Assembly (NCBI RefSeq): GCF_018350175.1
Contig: NC_058368.1
Location: forward strand, 182,282,001 to 182,346,000
Origin: Felis catus
Lineage: Eukaryota
Direction of reading: 5' to 3'
DNA: 64,000 nt
The notes below the pieces were generated by a model. The model was not told where the DNA came from. It saw only the letters and a program-made list of their open reading frames with translations, and searched no databases. Both the position numbers and the translations under genes were made by a program. Shown in pieces: positions 10,850-25,073 of the stretch. How positions within the stretch are numbered: the stretch's first letter is position 1; the number at the start of each line of letters is the position of its first letter.

Positions 10850-12084
10850 GAGGAGAATAAGATGTTAAATAATTAGCAAGTTTCAAAAGATACTCTGATA
10901 TTGATTGCTGAATTATATAATATCGGTCACTGCTATTATAGGATTTTGGAGGAGAGGAAGTGTCATGAGATAACCAAAGTAAAGGAAATATGGGGGTGTT
11001 TGTGGCCCAGCTACTGATGACCTGAAAGTCAGACTAAGCCTAGGTTGAAGAGTAAGGATTAGAGGACACTGAAGATGTATGGCACTGAAGATTGAAGTAG
11101 TGTTAAAACGTGCCCTGAGGCTTGAAAGTAAAGCTTTTCCCTCCAGATCTCCTAATTTTGACACTTGTCTGTGGCTATACATCAAATAAAATTATGTATA
11201 TCTGCCACAATCATCCCAACCTCAAATGCTATATAAAATGACAGTTTACTTGAAATGAGAATTACTGCACATGTCATAATGAAACAGTTGTCATTGTCCA
11301 TCCCACATGTCTATATTAACTGTTCATAAATTCTCTGTGTTGTTTTGTGTGGTTAATTACTATATCAAAATGCATGATATGATAAGGACAAGTTTCTTAG
11401 CAAATCTGTGAATGGAATACATAAGTATGCAGCATCTGTCAAGTTTGACTTTCCAAAAGCTATGGGGTCTAAGCAAATGTTTTTAAGAATGAATCACAGG
11501 TTATATTTACCAAACAAGAAAAGTAAAATCTATGTAGACTTCTAGATGTTGAATGTCTCTTCAAGACTCTATTAAATAACTTTCTTTCGGCATTGTTGTC
11601 TGGGTGCTTTCTTTTTTTATAATGAGAAAGACCATTTTTTCTGTTACTTGTAAGTCCAGAACATGGGGTAGAGCCAAGTCTTCAAGTAGCATATACAACT
11701 CACTTGAAATCCCCACTTTGGAAATTAGGAAGGGCTGACATAGGACAGAGGACAGCAAATAGGCTCCAGTTCTACGGTGTGGGAGGAGGGGACAGCCAAG
11801 GCCCACCAGGTTGATACAGCCGTATATTCATTAGTTGACAGTTGGGAGAATTCGCCAGAACACAAAGTAGCATCAACATCTGAGTATCTTTTGTATGGAT
11901 CTAATGGTCTGTTGAGCAGGCTGGCATTCGGCTTTTATATTGTTAACACCAAAGGCTTTCTAATATCATCTCAACGACTACCATGAGAATGTGTTAAAAG
12001 GCACCATTTTGAATAAGTGTTTGCTTTCCCAGCTCCATCCCAGGTATGTTTCACGAATTAAAGACATGTAGAGAGTAGGTTAGC

Positions 12085-12275
12085 GGTAGTTTTCAGACTA
12101 TGTTCCTGTGAGTCCACAGAAGTCTCTTTGACCAGCATAAAGAAGGAGTCTGGGGTGAGGAGGCAAGATGGATACCAGGAGACAGGCTTTCAGATATTCC
12201 ACATCTTCATTAAATAGAGTAATTCTCCTTTTTGCTTTAAACATTCAGAGTCAATAGAAGATTTGGTTAAAACTA
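12085..12275 (+). mobile_element. hAT-Charlie MITE relic
   Basis: tagttttcagactatgttcc resembles a CAGTGGTTTTCAAACT-type TIR. A possible other end (aaaaccattg) lies near 12700, beyond the L1MC. Confidence 0.4.
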
Positions 12276-12360
12276 AAATGACGGGAGAGTGTCACCCTTT
12301 CACAAAAACAAAAAAGAAAAACAACAAAGTAAAAAGAAAGAAAAGAAACATATTTGTAAT

Positions 12361-12680
12361 GGAGGATTTTCAGGGCAGTGAAACTACTCTGTAGGATTTT
12401 ATAATGGTGGATAAATATTATATGCTTGTCCAAGTCCATACGATGTAAAAAACCAAGAGTGAACCCTAATATAAATTAAGAACTTTGGTTGATAATAATA
12501 TGTAGGTTTATCGCTTGTAACAAATGCACCACTCTAGTGGGGGATGTTGATAATGGGGAAGGCTATGCATGTGTAGGAGCAGGGGATATAGGGAAAATCT
12601 CTGTATCTTCCCTGTAATTTCACTGTGAACTTAAAACTGCTCTACAACATAAAGTCTACTTTAAAAAAAAAAAAGAAAGA
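12361..12680 (+). mobile_element. L1MC-type 3' end
   Basis: gattttcagggcagtgaaactactctgta...ccaagagtgaaccctaat...gggggatgttgataatgggga...ctgtgaacttaaaactgctcta, then an A tail. Confidence 0.85.
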
Positions 12681-12892
12681 AAGAAATACATTAGTAAAAC
12701 CATTGGTTTGATGTAAAGAAAGAGACAATCCCGGAGAGTGTTAATTCCTTACCTTAGGTCATAACTGATGAGATTCTTGAGATTGTGATTATAATATTTT
12801 TTCAAAACACAATCCCATTTTCCAAGATGGCAAAAGCAGAAATCTTCTTGTTTTGTGAAATGTTTCTAAACCTCACATAAAACATGCATATA

Positions 12893-13064
12893 GGAGCAGC
12901 ACCTGGGTGACTTAGTCATTTGAGCATCTGACAGTTGATTTGGGCTCAGGCCATGATCTCACAGTTCATGAGTTCAAACCCTGTGTCGGGCTCTGCACTG
13001 ACAGCATAGAGACTGGTTGGGATTCTCTTTCTCCCTCTCTCTCTGCCCCTCCCCCACCTGCACA

Positions 13065-13117
<53 letters not shown>

Positions 13118-13140
13118 AAAATAAATAAACTTTTAAAAAA
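12893..13140 (+). mobile_element. Can-SINE (older felid subfamily) with long (CT)n
   Basis: cacctgggtgacttagtc...gagttcaaaccc...(CT)n aaaataaataaac. Confidence 0.93.
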
Positions 13141-15499
13141 ATGCACACAGGAAATGAGTCTCCTCCTCTAGTCCTTTTTCCATTGCACCTCATTGCTACT
13201 TGAACAGCCATGCCTTAAGGTTGAAAATGAAGTTTCAGGAGATTCCTATTAAACTCCAAGTACGTTGCATGATTGGAACAAAACATCAATCGTGTGGTGA
13301 CATAAGCACTGGTAGGGCCGGGAAGGGGAGAAGAGAACAAAGTGTAAGCAAGGGTTGGGAGAACAGCGGTAGGAACAGCTAAGCCTAGAGAGTGTAAATA
13401 GGTTCAAGAAAGAGTTCAGAGGTTGGGGAGCACTGAAAGATCCTACAGAAATGGAGGGTGCACGTGTGCACACATACTTCAGGGCAGGAGTCCTGACGAC
13501 ATTCTTAATGCCAACAAATAAATAAATAGTAATTGCTTGGGACCAACCTTGCTATTAGAGGATTAAAAAAAATATGGTTGTAGACTTTTAATTTTACAAG
13601 TATTTTCTGTTAAATCATAGTTGCATTTTTTAGTAGATACCTTTCATTATGTTGAGAAAGGCCTTACACAAATATAGCACATATGAACAGGAACCCTTTC
13701 TAGAGTATGAACGGATTGTATATGAAAAAGCAGAATGATAAAAACTTTTTTTTTTGTTTTTGTTTTTAAATTTGGGATTTTCTTTATTTGCCAAATAAGA
13801 GGCCCCGGTGCTAGCTATAACAAAACAACCACTGAGGACAAGTAATGGATAATTAGTTTTTGTATATATTTTAAAACTCTTAGATTTTATTTTTTTTCTT
13901 TTTTAGATAGATTTTCATTAAATTATTATGCATTGATTTCATGGACCAATTTCTCAGGACCTGCTAGAGTTTAAAGCCAATACATTTTACTACTGGAAAA
14001 TGACAACATCACATCTCATTTTACAAGGTGGCAATAGAAATAATATTTTTGTTGTGTGAAATATTTCTGAAACTCGCACAAAACATGCACATAGGAAAGC
14101 AGACCATGTCTGTTCGCTGTTTCTGTGATTAAAGTTGGTATCATTCAACTTAATAAACATTTTTGAGAGGGCATATCACAATGCTTTGAGGTTTTAGCTC
14201 TGGGTATTTTAAGAAGAATGCACACACAAAAATATTAGGAACAAAAATGCACTCACATATCATGAATGCTTTAGAGGAGATGGTTGGGACTGACAGAAGG
14301 AGAGTCCCACACATCCCCTATCTAATGTAATGAGCAGCCCCAGGAGGAATGGCCTCAAACTGAGTTTTTAATAATGAGAACCATAGATTCTGGCAGATAG
14401 GGAGAAAGAGTCGGTCCTGGGCATGAAAATTCCCAAGAGCAAATTCAAATGACTTTATGATGAGTAAAGGCAGGGAAGGCAGGCAATTTAGCCTGACTAT
14501 AATTGAAAGCCGAGGTCTGGTGGGGTGAGCGATACAAAGGAAGGGGAATATGGTAAAGTGTTCTGCATTCTTGGAACAAGGAAGATGTCCAAGTAGTTAA
14601 TTCTGTTTATTTTATTTTTTTTTGATTGAACACAATTGTTTCTTGAAACTAGCAGATTTTTTCCACCTGCAGAAGTGTGTGGGCGTGGTACAGGGGTATT
14701 GTATAATTAGGACCTGACAGAATGTGCTGGACTACCTTTTCTCCACCCCCTCCCCCCACCACCCTGCAAAACTATCCTCGCTTACTTAATTACTTGAAAA
14801 GTTACTTAGAAACCAACTCTCTATGACTGTGCTTGTAGGAAATGTAACTCAGACCTAGTTCTGAGCAAAATGGATCATGCCATTCCCATGGTCTCTTCTT
14901 AGGAATTTTTAGAAAAACCTGAGCTCTTTAGCTAGGTTTTCAAGCTCCTACATCATCTGCTCCTGCTTATCTGTCATGATAGTTTTCCATTTCTTTATCT
15001 GAATAACTTTTACTTATCATTGTAGATGTGGTTGAGAGGTTGACTCCTTTGGGAAGCCATTTATGATTGCCACTCACTCCTAACAGGGCTTTGTTTCTCC
15101 TCGGTATTCTCATAATAATTTGTAGATTATCATCCATGGATAGCTTTGAGTTTTTCACTCTTTTGAGGCTATCACCCTTATGTAATAATGATATTTTACC
15201 AAGTAGAAAAATTACACTCTTACGCTTTTGGGATTAAGTTAGATCAAGCTATTTTTATATGGTTAAATATAATATTATTTAATTGTATGATTTTTCCCCA
15301 TTCTACATTTAGAAAAGCAACCTGTGGAATGTTTTAGAAATATTATCTTTTAAATGTATGTAGTAAGTCCTTAGAGAATTGTCTTCCAAGCACTTGTAAC
15401 TGGAGATAGCCCCTAAACATTTACTCCATCTATGTGATTATTTTAAGAACAGTTAGGTTAGTTCCCAGGGAAACCCCATCTAACTACAGTTGATCAGTT

Positions 15500-15890
15500 A
15501 AATGTAGGCACCCAACCTGGCCTGGAACTAGGAGTCCCTCTCTAGGAATTCTGGAACTGAAACAGGAAAAAGTGTGTCAGTCTCTTTTGAAGAGCCTAGA
15601 ATGTGAGATGCAATTCTTGACAATCAGGTTTTCTTCCACAAGGACTAAGGGAACATAGAAAATCTTATTACAGAGTGAAAGAAAAGAAAGTCTTATGAGT
15701 ACAGAGAAGACACAAAGTATGGAAAGTAAGTCCTAAATGTGTTTGAGTTTGTTATTTCAATAAGTCTTCAGGCCCAGTCATATTCTTATTCTTGGTTTTC
15801 ATGAGTGACTTAAAGATCATTATAATAAATCTACACTTTTGCTTAAGTTAGTTTGAATCTGATCCCTCTCACTTGCTATAAATACTCAAA
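15500..15890 (+). mobile_element. Old ERVL/MaLR-class solo LTR relic
   Basis: 3' part aataaatctacacttttgcttaagttagtttga...tcacttgc matches an LTR33/LTR16-like end. Confidence 0.5.
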
Positions 15891-18554
15891 TTATTACAAT
15901 GTACAAGACAGGAACCACATTCTTTCTCAAATTATGCATTTCAATTATTTTTCTGATACATGACACATTTTCTTAAAATATTTCAATTGGGTAATTACAA
16001 ACTTAATTCTGACAACTAATTAGTAGAAAAGCAGGGTCTGTGAAAAACAACCATTTCTACATTGCATGTGTAAAGAAGGAAATTATAGGCAAGTTCAAAT
16101 TGTAGAGCATAGAATGAATGAAGTCCAAATCCTTAATTTTAATGTTCTTTTTGTTCTAAAAACTCATCTAAAATATTAGACCCCCAGTGGCAACTAACAT
16201 TAAAAGGAAAAAAAATGTGCTCTAATTAAAGAAAAAAAATGTATTTGGAAATTTTGGTTCCTAATTTGCATAGGATTTTTTCCGTCATCTCTTCATCTTG
16301 TTTGGGTGATGATTAGAGATTTTTGTAAAGACTAATTCCAGTAATAATCATTTCTCTCTGCCTCTGGAGAGTACTTCCCTCCCCAATGCACCTCACAAAC
16401 ATTTCTTGATTAAACCTTCCAACAATTCTTGGAAGGAAATTGGGTGATATTTTCCGTGACTGCATGGTCTCTGAGGAGGCTATCTATTGGGATAAACCAA
16501 TTATGAGGACAGCAAGTGTATCTATCAGCAAACGCATAGAATTCACAACATCCTGAAAGTCTTACTCTCTACTATTCAAATAGGAAGTCACTGCCAAATG
16601 AACATTTAGCTAAATCCCTAATGAAGCTCTGACTGCGATTGTAGGATGATAGCAACAAAGTCATACAAGTATACACAATATTTTTTTTCATGTGTTTTTG
16701 TGGTTGTAAGTTCAACCACTTTTAATTTTCTGAAGATACTGATTTATACAAACTTTGCTTTAGGTTGAATCCAGCTGCCAACCAACCATATATAAATTAA
16801 GCTCTGCATGTGTCTGTGTGCATGCACAAGAGAGAGAGACAGAAATGGAGACTGAGATGGAGGAAGAGGAAGAGGAGGAGGAAATATCAGAGTCATATTG
16901 TATTTATTTTTTGATTACTGTATATCAGTCTAGGCTAGGTGATAATGGCAAACATTATTTTATTATCTAATAATGGTAATGCATTAGTGTTATATATTGT
17001 TCATTCATATTGCATTGTTGCTCAATATAATATTCCTTTATGTAGCTGGAGGTCATATACATAGAGATGAATTACAGAATTATATAAATTTGGCATTATG
17101 CATAATCAGTAAATAGTTATTTTATAAATAAATGTAAGTTTTTATCCATACATATACACATATAAAATGGTAACAAAAATAGCATCATTTTATGAATGAG
17201 AATACTGAGCCACATCTATTAGTTCATGTAATTATTCAAAATCTTATTTTGAACGATCTGAAACATTTCAGGCTTTGAGTTTGGATATGGTAACTCCATA
17301 TTAAACAAAAAGAAAACAAATATACAAAAGTGAATGCATCTTCCATCTAGTAAGATCAGGTAAGGCGACTTACCCTGGACTTTTTCAGCTACATTAAAAT
17401 ATTGTTAGAGAGACACATCATCGTTCAAGTAGAGACTAAAACAGTCACTGAAGAGATAATAATATTTTCAGCTTTATTACAGATTTTTAGGGCTGGAGTA
17501 AGTAAAATAGAATTTAAGAATATTTGGAGGAAACCATATTCAAGAGTTAGGAAGACCACAACAGCTCTTCTCCAACCTACACTGAAGAGATGAGTTTACT
17601 AGCAGTCAGAAGTGTTCCCTCTGAGTCACATGATTCTCCCTTTATTATATGTCCAGGCCTACTGGCAACATACGAGATTCTCCATATGCTTATTAGGTAG
17701 AAGGGCACATACTCAAACTCTGACAACTCTGGCTGAGTTGTCTGCTAACTCAATGCTCAGAAGATGTTGGTTTGATCCCTGCTTTAGAAGTGGTGAGTAC
17801 ATTTCACTGTTGGGTAATCTGTTGCTTGTTTAAATGTTCACATTTGTTTATGTCACATGAAAACATTCACGGCTGATAGCAAAGCTCAGGATTCAAGTAC
17901 ATAAATTAAAGGTAAGCTGTATAGAATACATAATAAGGTATTAACAAATGCAAGTCAAAGGATTTGGGCACTGTGTTGGCAGCAGTATGTTGGCAATCAG
18001 CCCTAGAGAGTGCTTGGTGTAGTGTTCTACCAAGGCCCAAGGTGGTTAAGAGTCTAGGAAAGTCACTTATTGCTAATATTTATCCACGCCAGATTAGATG
18101 ATATTTTGTACACAAATCTCTGTAGCACCATCTAACCTCTTCTTTATTCATTGTTGCATTTATGAAGAGTTGAATGGATTTATTGATTTGTTCTTTTAGT
18201 TATATATGCAAGCACTATCTATTCAATACCTGCTATAATACGTCAGACACTGTACCAAGTTTTGAGAAAAAAATTAATACAACATAATATTTATCCATAA
18301 TTTGTTCATGGTTTAGCAGACACCCCAAAGTGCAATAATATTGATGTGTGAAGGTTATTAAAGAGGTTCATCAAAAGGCTTAGATGTTAGGGGTTCAATG
18401 TGGGCCTCAACACATGTTGTGATTTAAGAATCTTACACCTCTCAGAGTAGTGATGAGTTTACAAACACACTGTTTTCTCATTGTGAAGAAACAAATTCAA
18501 AGGCTTTGAGATTTAATAGGTAATTAGTAACAGTCTTTAGATATTAAAGAAACA

Positions 18555-18750
18555 AGAGTATGGAGTTGCATGGACCATCTTGAACTGGTGTCTTTATCAT
18601 TTTAGTCTCAGTTTCTGTACATTTAAAACAGAGAAAATAATAATTGCCTGACTAGTGTTTCTTGAGAATTATATATGAATGATTATCAAATGCTCATCTC
18701 AGTTCACAATACATAGTGGAAGCTCAATATGCTGTCACTATTATTATTTC
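18555..18750 (+). mobile_element. MIR
   Basis: agtctcagtttctgtacatttaaaacagagaaaataataa...acatagtggaagctcaatatgctgtcactattatt. Confidence 0.65.
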
Positions 18751-19194
18751 CAACATTTGCTGCAGCTGAAGAAAAATCTTTATAAAAAATTTGGGGCTGA
18801 ATACCAAGGTTACAGAGAAGACTGGAATTCATTGTTCTCCCTTGACTCATAATCCAATTCAGAGGGTAGGACACACACATTCAAAAAATAATTAAAAAGG
18901 CAACATAGTATTTGTGTTCCACATTACTAGCTACATATGCTTGGGAAAGGAAAAGTTAAGCCAAATGGGGAAGGATGTAGTATTAGACACATAGAAAGGA
19001 AAGTGGTTAGTTCTGTTCAAGACTATCTCAAACCAAAGAAAAATCACAACTATTTAAAACACATAAAATCTTAGAATTAAATCTTTCACACAAAGACAAA
19101 AAACAAATCCTTTTTGAGGTAATTCTTGATGACTATTTAATGTTGGAATGAATAACTCTAAATGAAGATGTAATTGGTATTTTGACAAGACAGT

Positions 19195-20905
19195 AAAAAT
19201 AAATTTTAGCATCATACTTCCTAATTTCAAACTATATTGAAAAGTTACAGTAATCAAAACACTTGATATTGGCATGAAGAGAATACAGGTTAACAAAACA
19301 AAATAGAGAGCCCAGAAATGAACTCATGTCTATGCAGTCAACTGATTCATGAAAAAGGAGTCAAGAATATACAGTAGAGACAATGTCTTCAAGAAATGGT
19401 ACTGGGAAAACCAGAAAGTCAAAAGCAAAAGAATTAACCTGGACTCCTATATTATATCATACCCAAAAATCTACTTAAAATGGACTAAAGAGTATATAAG
19501 ACATGCAATGATGAAAATCCTAAAAGAAGACATAGGGAGTAGGTTCTTTGACATTGATCTTGGCAGTGATGTTTTTTGGATCTGACACCAAGAGCAAAGG
19601 AAAGTTGGGCTGTTTGTTAAAGGAAGAATGGTATTTTAGACATATGGAAAGGAAGGTGGTAAGTTTTGTTTATGGCTGTTTCCCTCCAAAGAAATCCATA
19701 ACTTTTGAAATCTAGAAAAGTCTACAACAGACTGAAAAACTTCTGCACAACAGAGAAAGTCATTAAGAAAATGTAAAGGCAGTCTATGGAATGGGAGAAA
19801 TATCTGCAAATCATATATCTGATATGGGGTTAATATCCAAAATACATAAAGAACTCGCACAATTCAATAGGAAAAACAAACAAACACAATAGCAATCAGT
19901 TTAAAAATGGGCAGAATAACTGATTAGATATATTTCCAGAGAAGACAAACATCCAAAAAGAAAAACGTACCCAGTTAAAAGATACACACAGAGTTGCTCA
20001 ACATCATTAATCATGAGAGAAATGCAAATCAAAACTACAATGAGATATCACTTTATACTTGTTAGGATGGCTATCATCAAAAAGAAAGAAGTGTTGGTGA
20101 GTATTTGGAGAAAAAGGAACACTTGTACACTGTTGGTATGAATGTAAATTGGTGCAGCCACTATAGAAAACAAAGTGGAGATTCTTCAAAAATTAAAAAT
20201 CAAACTACTATATGATCTAGCAATCCCAGTACTGGGTATAAAAAGGTGAAATCAAGGTATTAAACAGATATCAGCACTCCCATGTTCACTGTAACATTAT
20301 TCACAATACTAAAGGTGTGGAAACAACCTAAGTGTTTGTCAAAGGAATGAATGGATAAAGAAAATGTGACATGTGTGCATGTGTGTATGTGTGTCTATGT
20401 CTATGTGTGTATACAAGAAAGTATTATTCAGCCACGAGAAGGAAGGAAATCCTGCTGTTTAGGACAACATGGATGGACTTGAGGGCATTATGCTAAATGA
20501 CATAAGACAGACAGATATGGACAAATACTTCCTGGTATTACTTATGCATAGAATCTAAAATAGAGTCAAATTAATAGACAGAGAAAGTAGGAACCTGACT
20601 TCCAAGGGTTGGAGGTGGGAGAAATAGGTAGAGGTTAATAAGGGGTACAAACTTTTGGCTATAAGATTAATAAAATCTGAGGATCTAATTTGTAAGGTCA
20701 TAACTAGAGTTGATAACATTGTGTTGTATAATTCAAATTTGATAAGAAAGTAGAGCTTAAATGGTTTCATACATGTAAACTGGATGGAAGGAATGCTTTC
20801 ACAGTGTACACATATGTCAAATCATCAGGATGTACACTTTAAATATCTTATAATTTTTAAAAAGTATCTTATAATTTTGTCAGTTATACCTCAATAAAGC
20901 TGAAA
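19195..20905 (+). mobile_element. 5'-truncated L1 (L1MA9-like): ORF2 C-terminal relic plus 3'UTR
   Basis: ORF 19349-19585 (KWYWENQ...NLDSYIISYPKIYLKW) parallels L1 ORF2 KWCWENW...LDPFLTPYTKINSRW. Typical 3'UTR ending cctcaataaagctg. Confidence 0.92.
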
Positions 20906-20906
20906 T

Positions 20907-20909
<3 letters not shown>

Positions 20910-20948
<39 letters not shown>
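20910..20948. repeat. (AC)n microsatellite at the L1 tail
   Basis: Direct read. Confidence 0.98.
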
Positions 20949-20952
<4 letters not shown>

Positions 20953-22124
20953 TATCTTCTGAGAAGTTTGTATTGGAGGTAGATACAGATGAAACAGTGT
21001 TCTCTGTCCAGAACCATTTCTCTTTCTTTTTTTGGAAGTGTGCTTTCAACCAATCCCCCGTGATTACCAAGGGGACAGTAGATCGATGCAATGTCCCTTT
21101 TCTGGGACTACATTTATGTGTCCTGGGATATGCAACTGATCCATCCTGGACCGGTAAATCCCTACGCCAGGATTTTATTTTGGAAATTAAGGAAAGTCAA
21201 GGAGGTACTCACTGTACACTTGTCAATTTGAACTGAAGTGTATGCTGAACTTTAATGTTCAGAAAAGGTGGTGACTGGGTTTAAACACTAAGTATATTTT
21301 TACTAATCAGGTTGCTATTTTGCAATGATGAAGAAGTTGTGAATTTTAGCATTTATAATCCAATCACATCATTTGGGGATTGGTAATAAAGCATGGCTTA
21401 TATGATGTATCCAATCAGAGATAAAGACAGGGAACATGATTGTCTTCTATAATTTTGTTATAAATCACAAAATGTATAATTTTCATGCAGATGTGTTATG
21501 AAAACTTAAGAGAGATGTATGTGCTAGGTTGGGGTTCACTCTGTTTTCTAGGAGACAACCTATAAGGTGTGAAACAGTTTTCTGTGGTTGCTGCTCCAAG
21601 ACTGGGAGACTTGACAATGGAAGGAAATAACCTTTAACACCAGAACCTGGATTTTACAAAAAATTAGATGATTTCTAAGCCAGCAGTAATGTGTACAGTA
21701 CTGTGTAGGCAATTTTAAATTTACTTAGATGTGATATTTAGATGAGATCCAGGATACCTCTTTTGAGGAGCTTGACTTCCAGGAATTACATGTTAAGCTA
21801 CTATCAAATTTTCTCTACTCAATTCCTTCTGGAAGGGTCTTCTATAGGAGTTCTTGCCATAGGCCAGATCCACAGTAAATGATTTACAGATATGATGGTG
21901 ATGATGGTGATAATGGTAAAGAAAAAAAGAAATAAAAATAAAAATGAGGGATAAGAGGAAGAGAAAAGGAGAGAAAGAAGAGAAGCAAGAAGTGGAGAAG
22001 CCAATTAAAGTAGATACCAGGCTTGTATTTCACATACTATTTGGATTCTCACAACTCTGTGAAGTAGTTATTAATGATGTTCAGAGAGATGAAGAGATAA
22101 ACCAAGTTGTATTGGACTTTTGTT

Positions 22125-22920
22125 GTTTCTGATGTTCACAATCAATTCCTCCACCCCCCTCCCACTTTTCTTTCCCAATAAGAACAATCTGATATTCCAC
22201 TGGTGCACCATTCACATCCTCTCTTATTATAGGTATTTCAGTTGGAGCTCTAGGAAAGAGCATGTGACCCAGACTTATACTGTCAAATCAATGCATTGCA
22301 TTCCCCTGGCTTCAGTTACTAGCTCAAAAATGCATCTATAAGCCTTAAGATTTTTTTTTTCCGAACTAGTGGGCTGAGGTGTTTGTTTGTTTGTTTTTTC
22401 CTACTGAGCTTGAACCTGGGAACATTTAGGACTGGGATTCCTAACCTCCATCAGGTCACCAAGTGAAGCCTAATAATGAAGTCAACAAGAAGGAGAAGAG
22501 AGGGGTGCTTGGGTGACTCAGTCAGTTAAGCATCTAACTTTGGTTCAGGTCATGATCTCACAGTCTGAGGTAGAGCCCTGCATCGGGCTCTATGCTGATA
22601 GCTCAGAGCCTGGAGCCTCCTTCAGATTCTGTGTCTCCCTCTCTCTCTCTGCCCCTCCCCTGTTCATGCTTTGTTTCTCTCTCTCAAAAATAAATAAACA
22701 TTAAAATAAACTTGAAAAAAAAACAAGAAGGAGAAGAGAGCTGGAATATAAATAGAGACTGGGTCTTGGTGATGCTGTTGAAATCTTGAAGCTAATCATG
22801 CCTGAAAACTGCATTACTTTGGCAATTTCTGTTCTATGAGGAATAAATTTTTCTTCTCCCAATATTTCTTTGTGTGCGAGCCTGTGTGACTCTGTAACTG
22901 GCAACGGAAAAGATTCTGAA
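22125..22920 (+). mobile_element. LTR16-like ERVL solo LTR, split by a SINE
   Basis: gcatgtgacccagac, cattcccctggc, aataaattt and ...tggcaacggaaaagattctga resemble the LTR16 family. Confidence 0.6.
22502..22721 (+). mobile_element. Can-SINE (SINEC)
   Basis: Full body. Perfect 18-bp TSD aacaagaaggagaagaga at 22484-22501 and 22722-22739. Confidence 0.96.
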
Positions 22921-23104
22921 TGTTACCTAAGATCAATTAAAGAGTTAGTGGCAAAGAGGGTATTCAAACTAAGGTTCTCTGACTCCACCACTTATGCTTA
23001 TAAAGAACATACTGTGCAACTCTCCAACTTAAAAGGAAAATTTGTAATGCAAAGTGTATGACTTAACAAGGAGACTTGTCCTAATTTTGATGTAGCATGG
23101 TACA

Positions 23105-23258
23105 GTACCAATTTCTTCTTCTGTTGAAAAACCAGGACAATAATATTACCTATCTCAGTAGGTAGTTGTAACTACTCAGAGATAATTCATGCAAAATGCC
23201 TTAGATAATTACTAGCACATGGTAAATACTCAATTTATGTTATCAATTGCTATTATTC
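23105..23258 (+). mobile_element. MIR
   Basis: ataatattacctatctca...gagataattcatgcaaaatgc...gcacatggtaaatactcaat. Confidence 0.7.
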
Positions 23259-24974
23259 AAAATTCTTATAGAGTCAAGTGTGCCGAGGAACAACTGTAAC
23301 TGTTTTTATAGTTTCTCTCTCTTAGATGATGAGCCATTTAGGGTACCATTTACCTGCATCTCCACTTTTACCAGTTCTAGTCAAATCAAAACAAAGAGGA
23401 AGAAAAGAAATGCTGAATACAAATGCTTTGTACCTCACACTTCTGTGTGAAAGTTCTCTCTGGACCATTCTGTTAAGGGAATTTCTTTCACCAAATCAGC
23501 CCACAACTTTGGTGTTTTGGCATCTATAGGGTCAAGAAAGCCACCAGAAGAAATTTCTTTGGGTGTTGACATAGTGACATGAGAACTAGATAACTTTTGC
23601 AACTCCAAGGATTTATTTGGATCATTATACACTGCATACAGATGCATCCTTCCCTTCTGGTGGTCATGCTAAATTTGTAGTTTTTGTTTGAAATTAAGGT
23701 ACATAGAAAAGGAAAGTAGAAACTGAGTTGTTTCAGGGATAGAAGCAACAACAGATAAATGCAAAACCAGACCATCTGAAAAAAAGTCACAGTTATGCCA
23801 AGCACACAGCATAATCTGACTCTGGTTGTTCACAGGGTGAATCAAGGTGAAGAATATGAACTACAAGCTGCTAGTAACTCCCATTGGACAGGGACCGTGA
23901 CATGTCAAAAGGTCCATGTAAATTCAAAACTCTAAACCCTAGAGGTGTATCAAGAAATACTCTGGTAATATTTTTCAAGTCTTCCCTTGAATATCACTGA
24001 CATTCTGCCAGGGGAAAGTAGTGCAAAAAAGCTCTACTTAATATCTCCCAAAAGCCACAGGTGCAAGCTGATTTCTAGAGCCAGCCTCTAGAGACAAGCA
24101 AACATTATATTACAACGGATGTCATTAGACATACAGAAGGTAGCATAAAATGCCTAATTTATTCACAAAGTGACATTTTATTTAGTGCAAATAGGCAATT
24201 TGGGCATTTACCGGAGGCACTTTCAGTAATAAAGGGGTGTTACTAAAATAGGTTGGAACACCTGACATTGTTGTCTTTATAACACAAGTTGCTGTTCTTG
24301 GGCTGTGGCAGAATTTAACCATAAAATAGAAGATGTCTAGTGTTCAATAACCTTCCTAATGAACATATGCTCCTCCCTAGTTCAACACTACAGGATACCT
24401 CCCCTAGCCATAAGCTTTGGGAGGTCAAGTCACTGTTAGACTTTTATTATTATGCATCAGTGTTTCCAGAGTGATTTTTACCTAGGAGTGTTTTTTTGGA
24501 GATCTGCATTAATTTACTACTACAGTCAAAGGTTAACTACTAGAGTGAATGCTGTGCTTAGTTGAACACAGGGTCACTGTGTACTTTTGCTGCTCTGACA
24601 ATTTATATCTGTTTATGGTACCTGGCAATATGGCTTGATAGTGGGTCATCCTTCAACATTAGGTATTTTATATATTCCACCAGCCCTCTAAACATTAAAT
24701 AACTGCTATATAACTCTGAGTGTTTTTTTTTTCTCATCCCTTTATTCTTTTTAGGCCTAAGCTTATTACTGAATGTACATAAAGCATATTAGGAATCAAA
24801 TGACACATGACAAGCAGCTGTCAAGGGCACAATTTAAGTAAATGTAACTGAATCTATCTCTTGTTAAAATTGTGAGGGAAGTTAAACCTGTTTTCTCTTC
24901 ACTCTTGTTTCCAAACATGTACATTGTTCCCAACCTAGTCCCAAGATCCAGCCTAAACTTTAGGGTGGCTGCTT

Positions 24975-25073
24975 GAAAGGGAAGTGAGTCTCTATCCACT
25001 CCTTGCATTACTGGGGCCCAGCAGAGTTTCTGATACCCAAGAGATGCTCAGTACATGTTACTGAACTGAACTA
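24975..25073 (+). mobile_element. L2c-like 3' end
   Basis: ...gatgctcagtacatgttactgaactgaact terminus. Confidence 0.55.
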
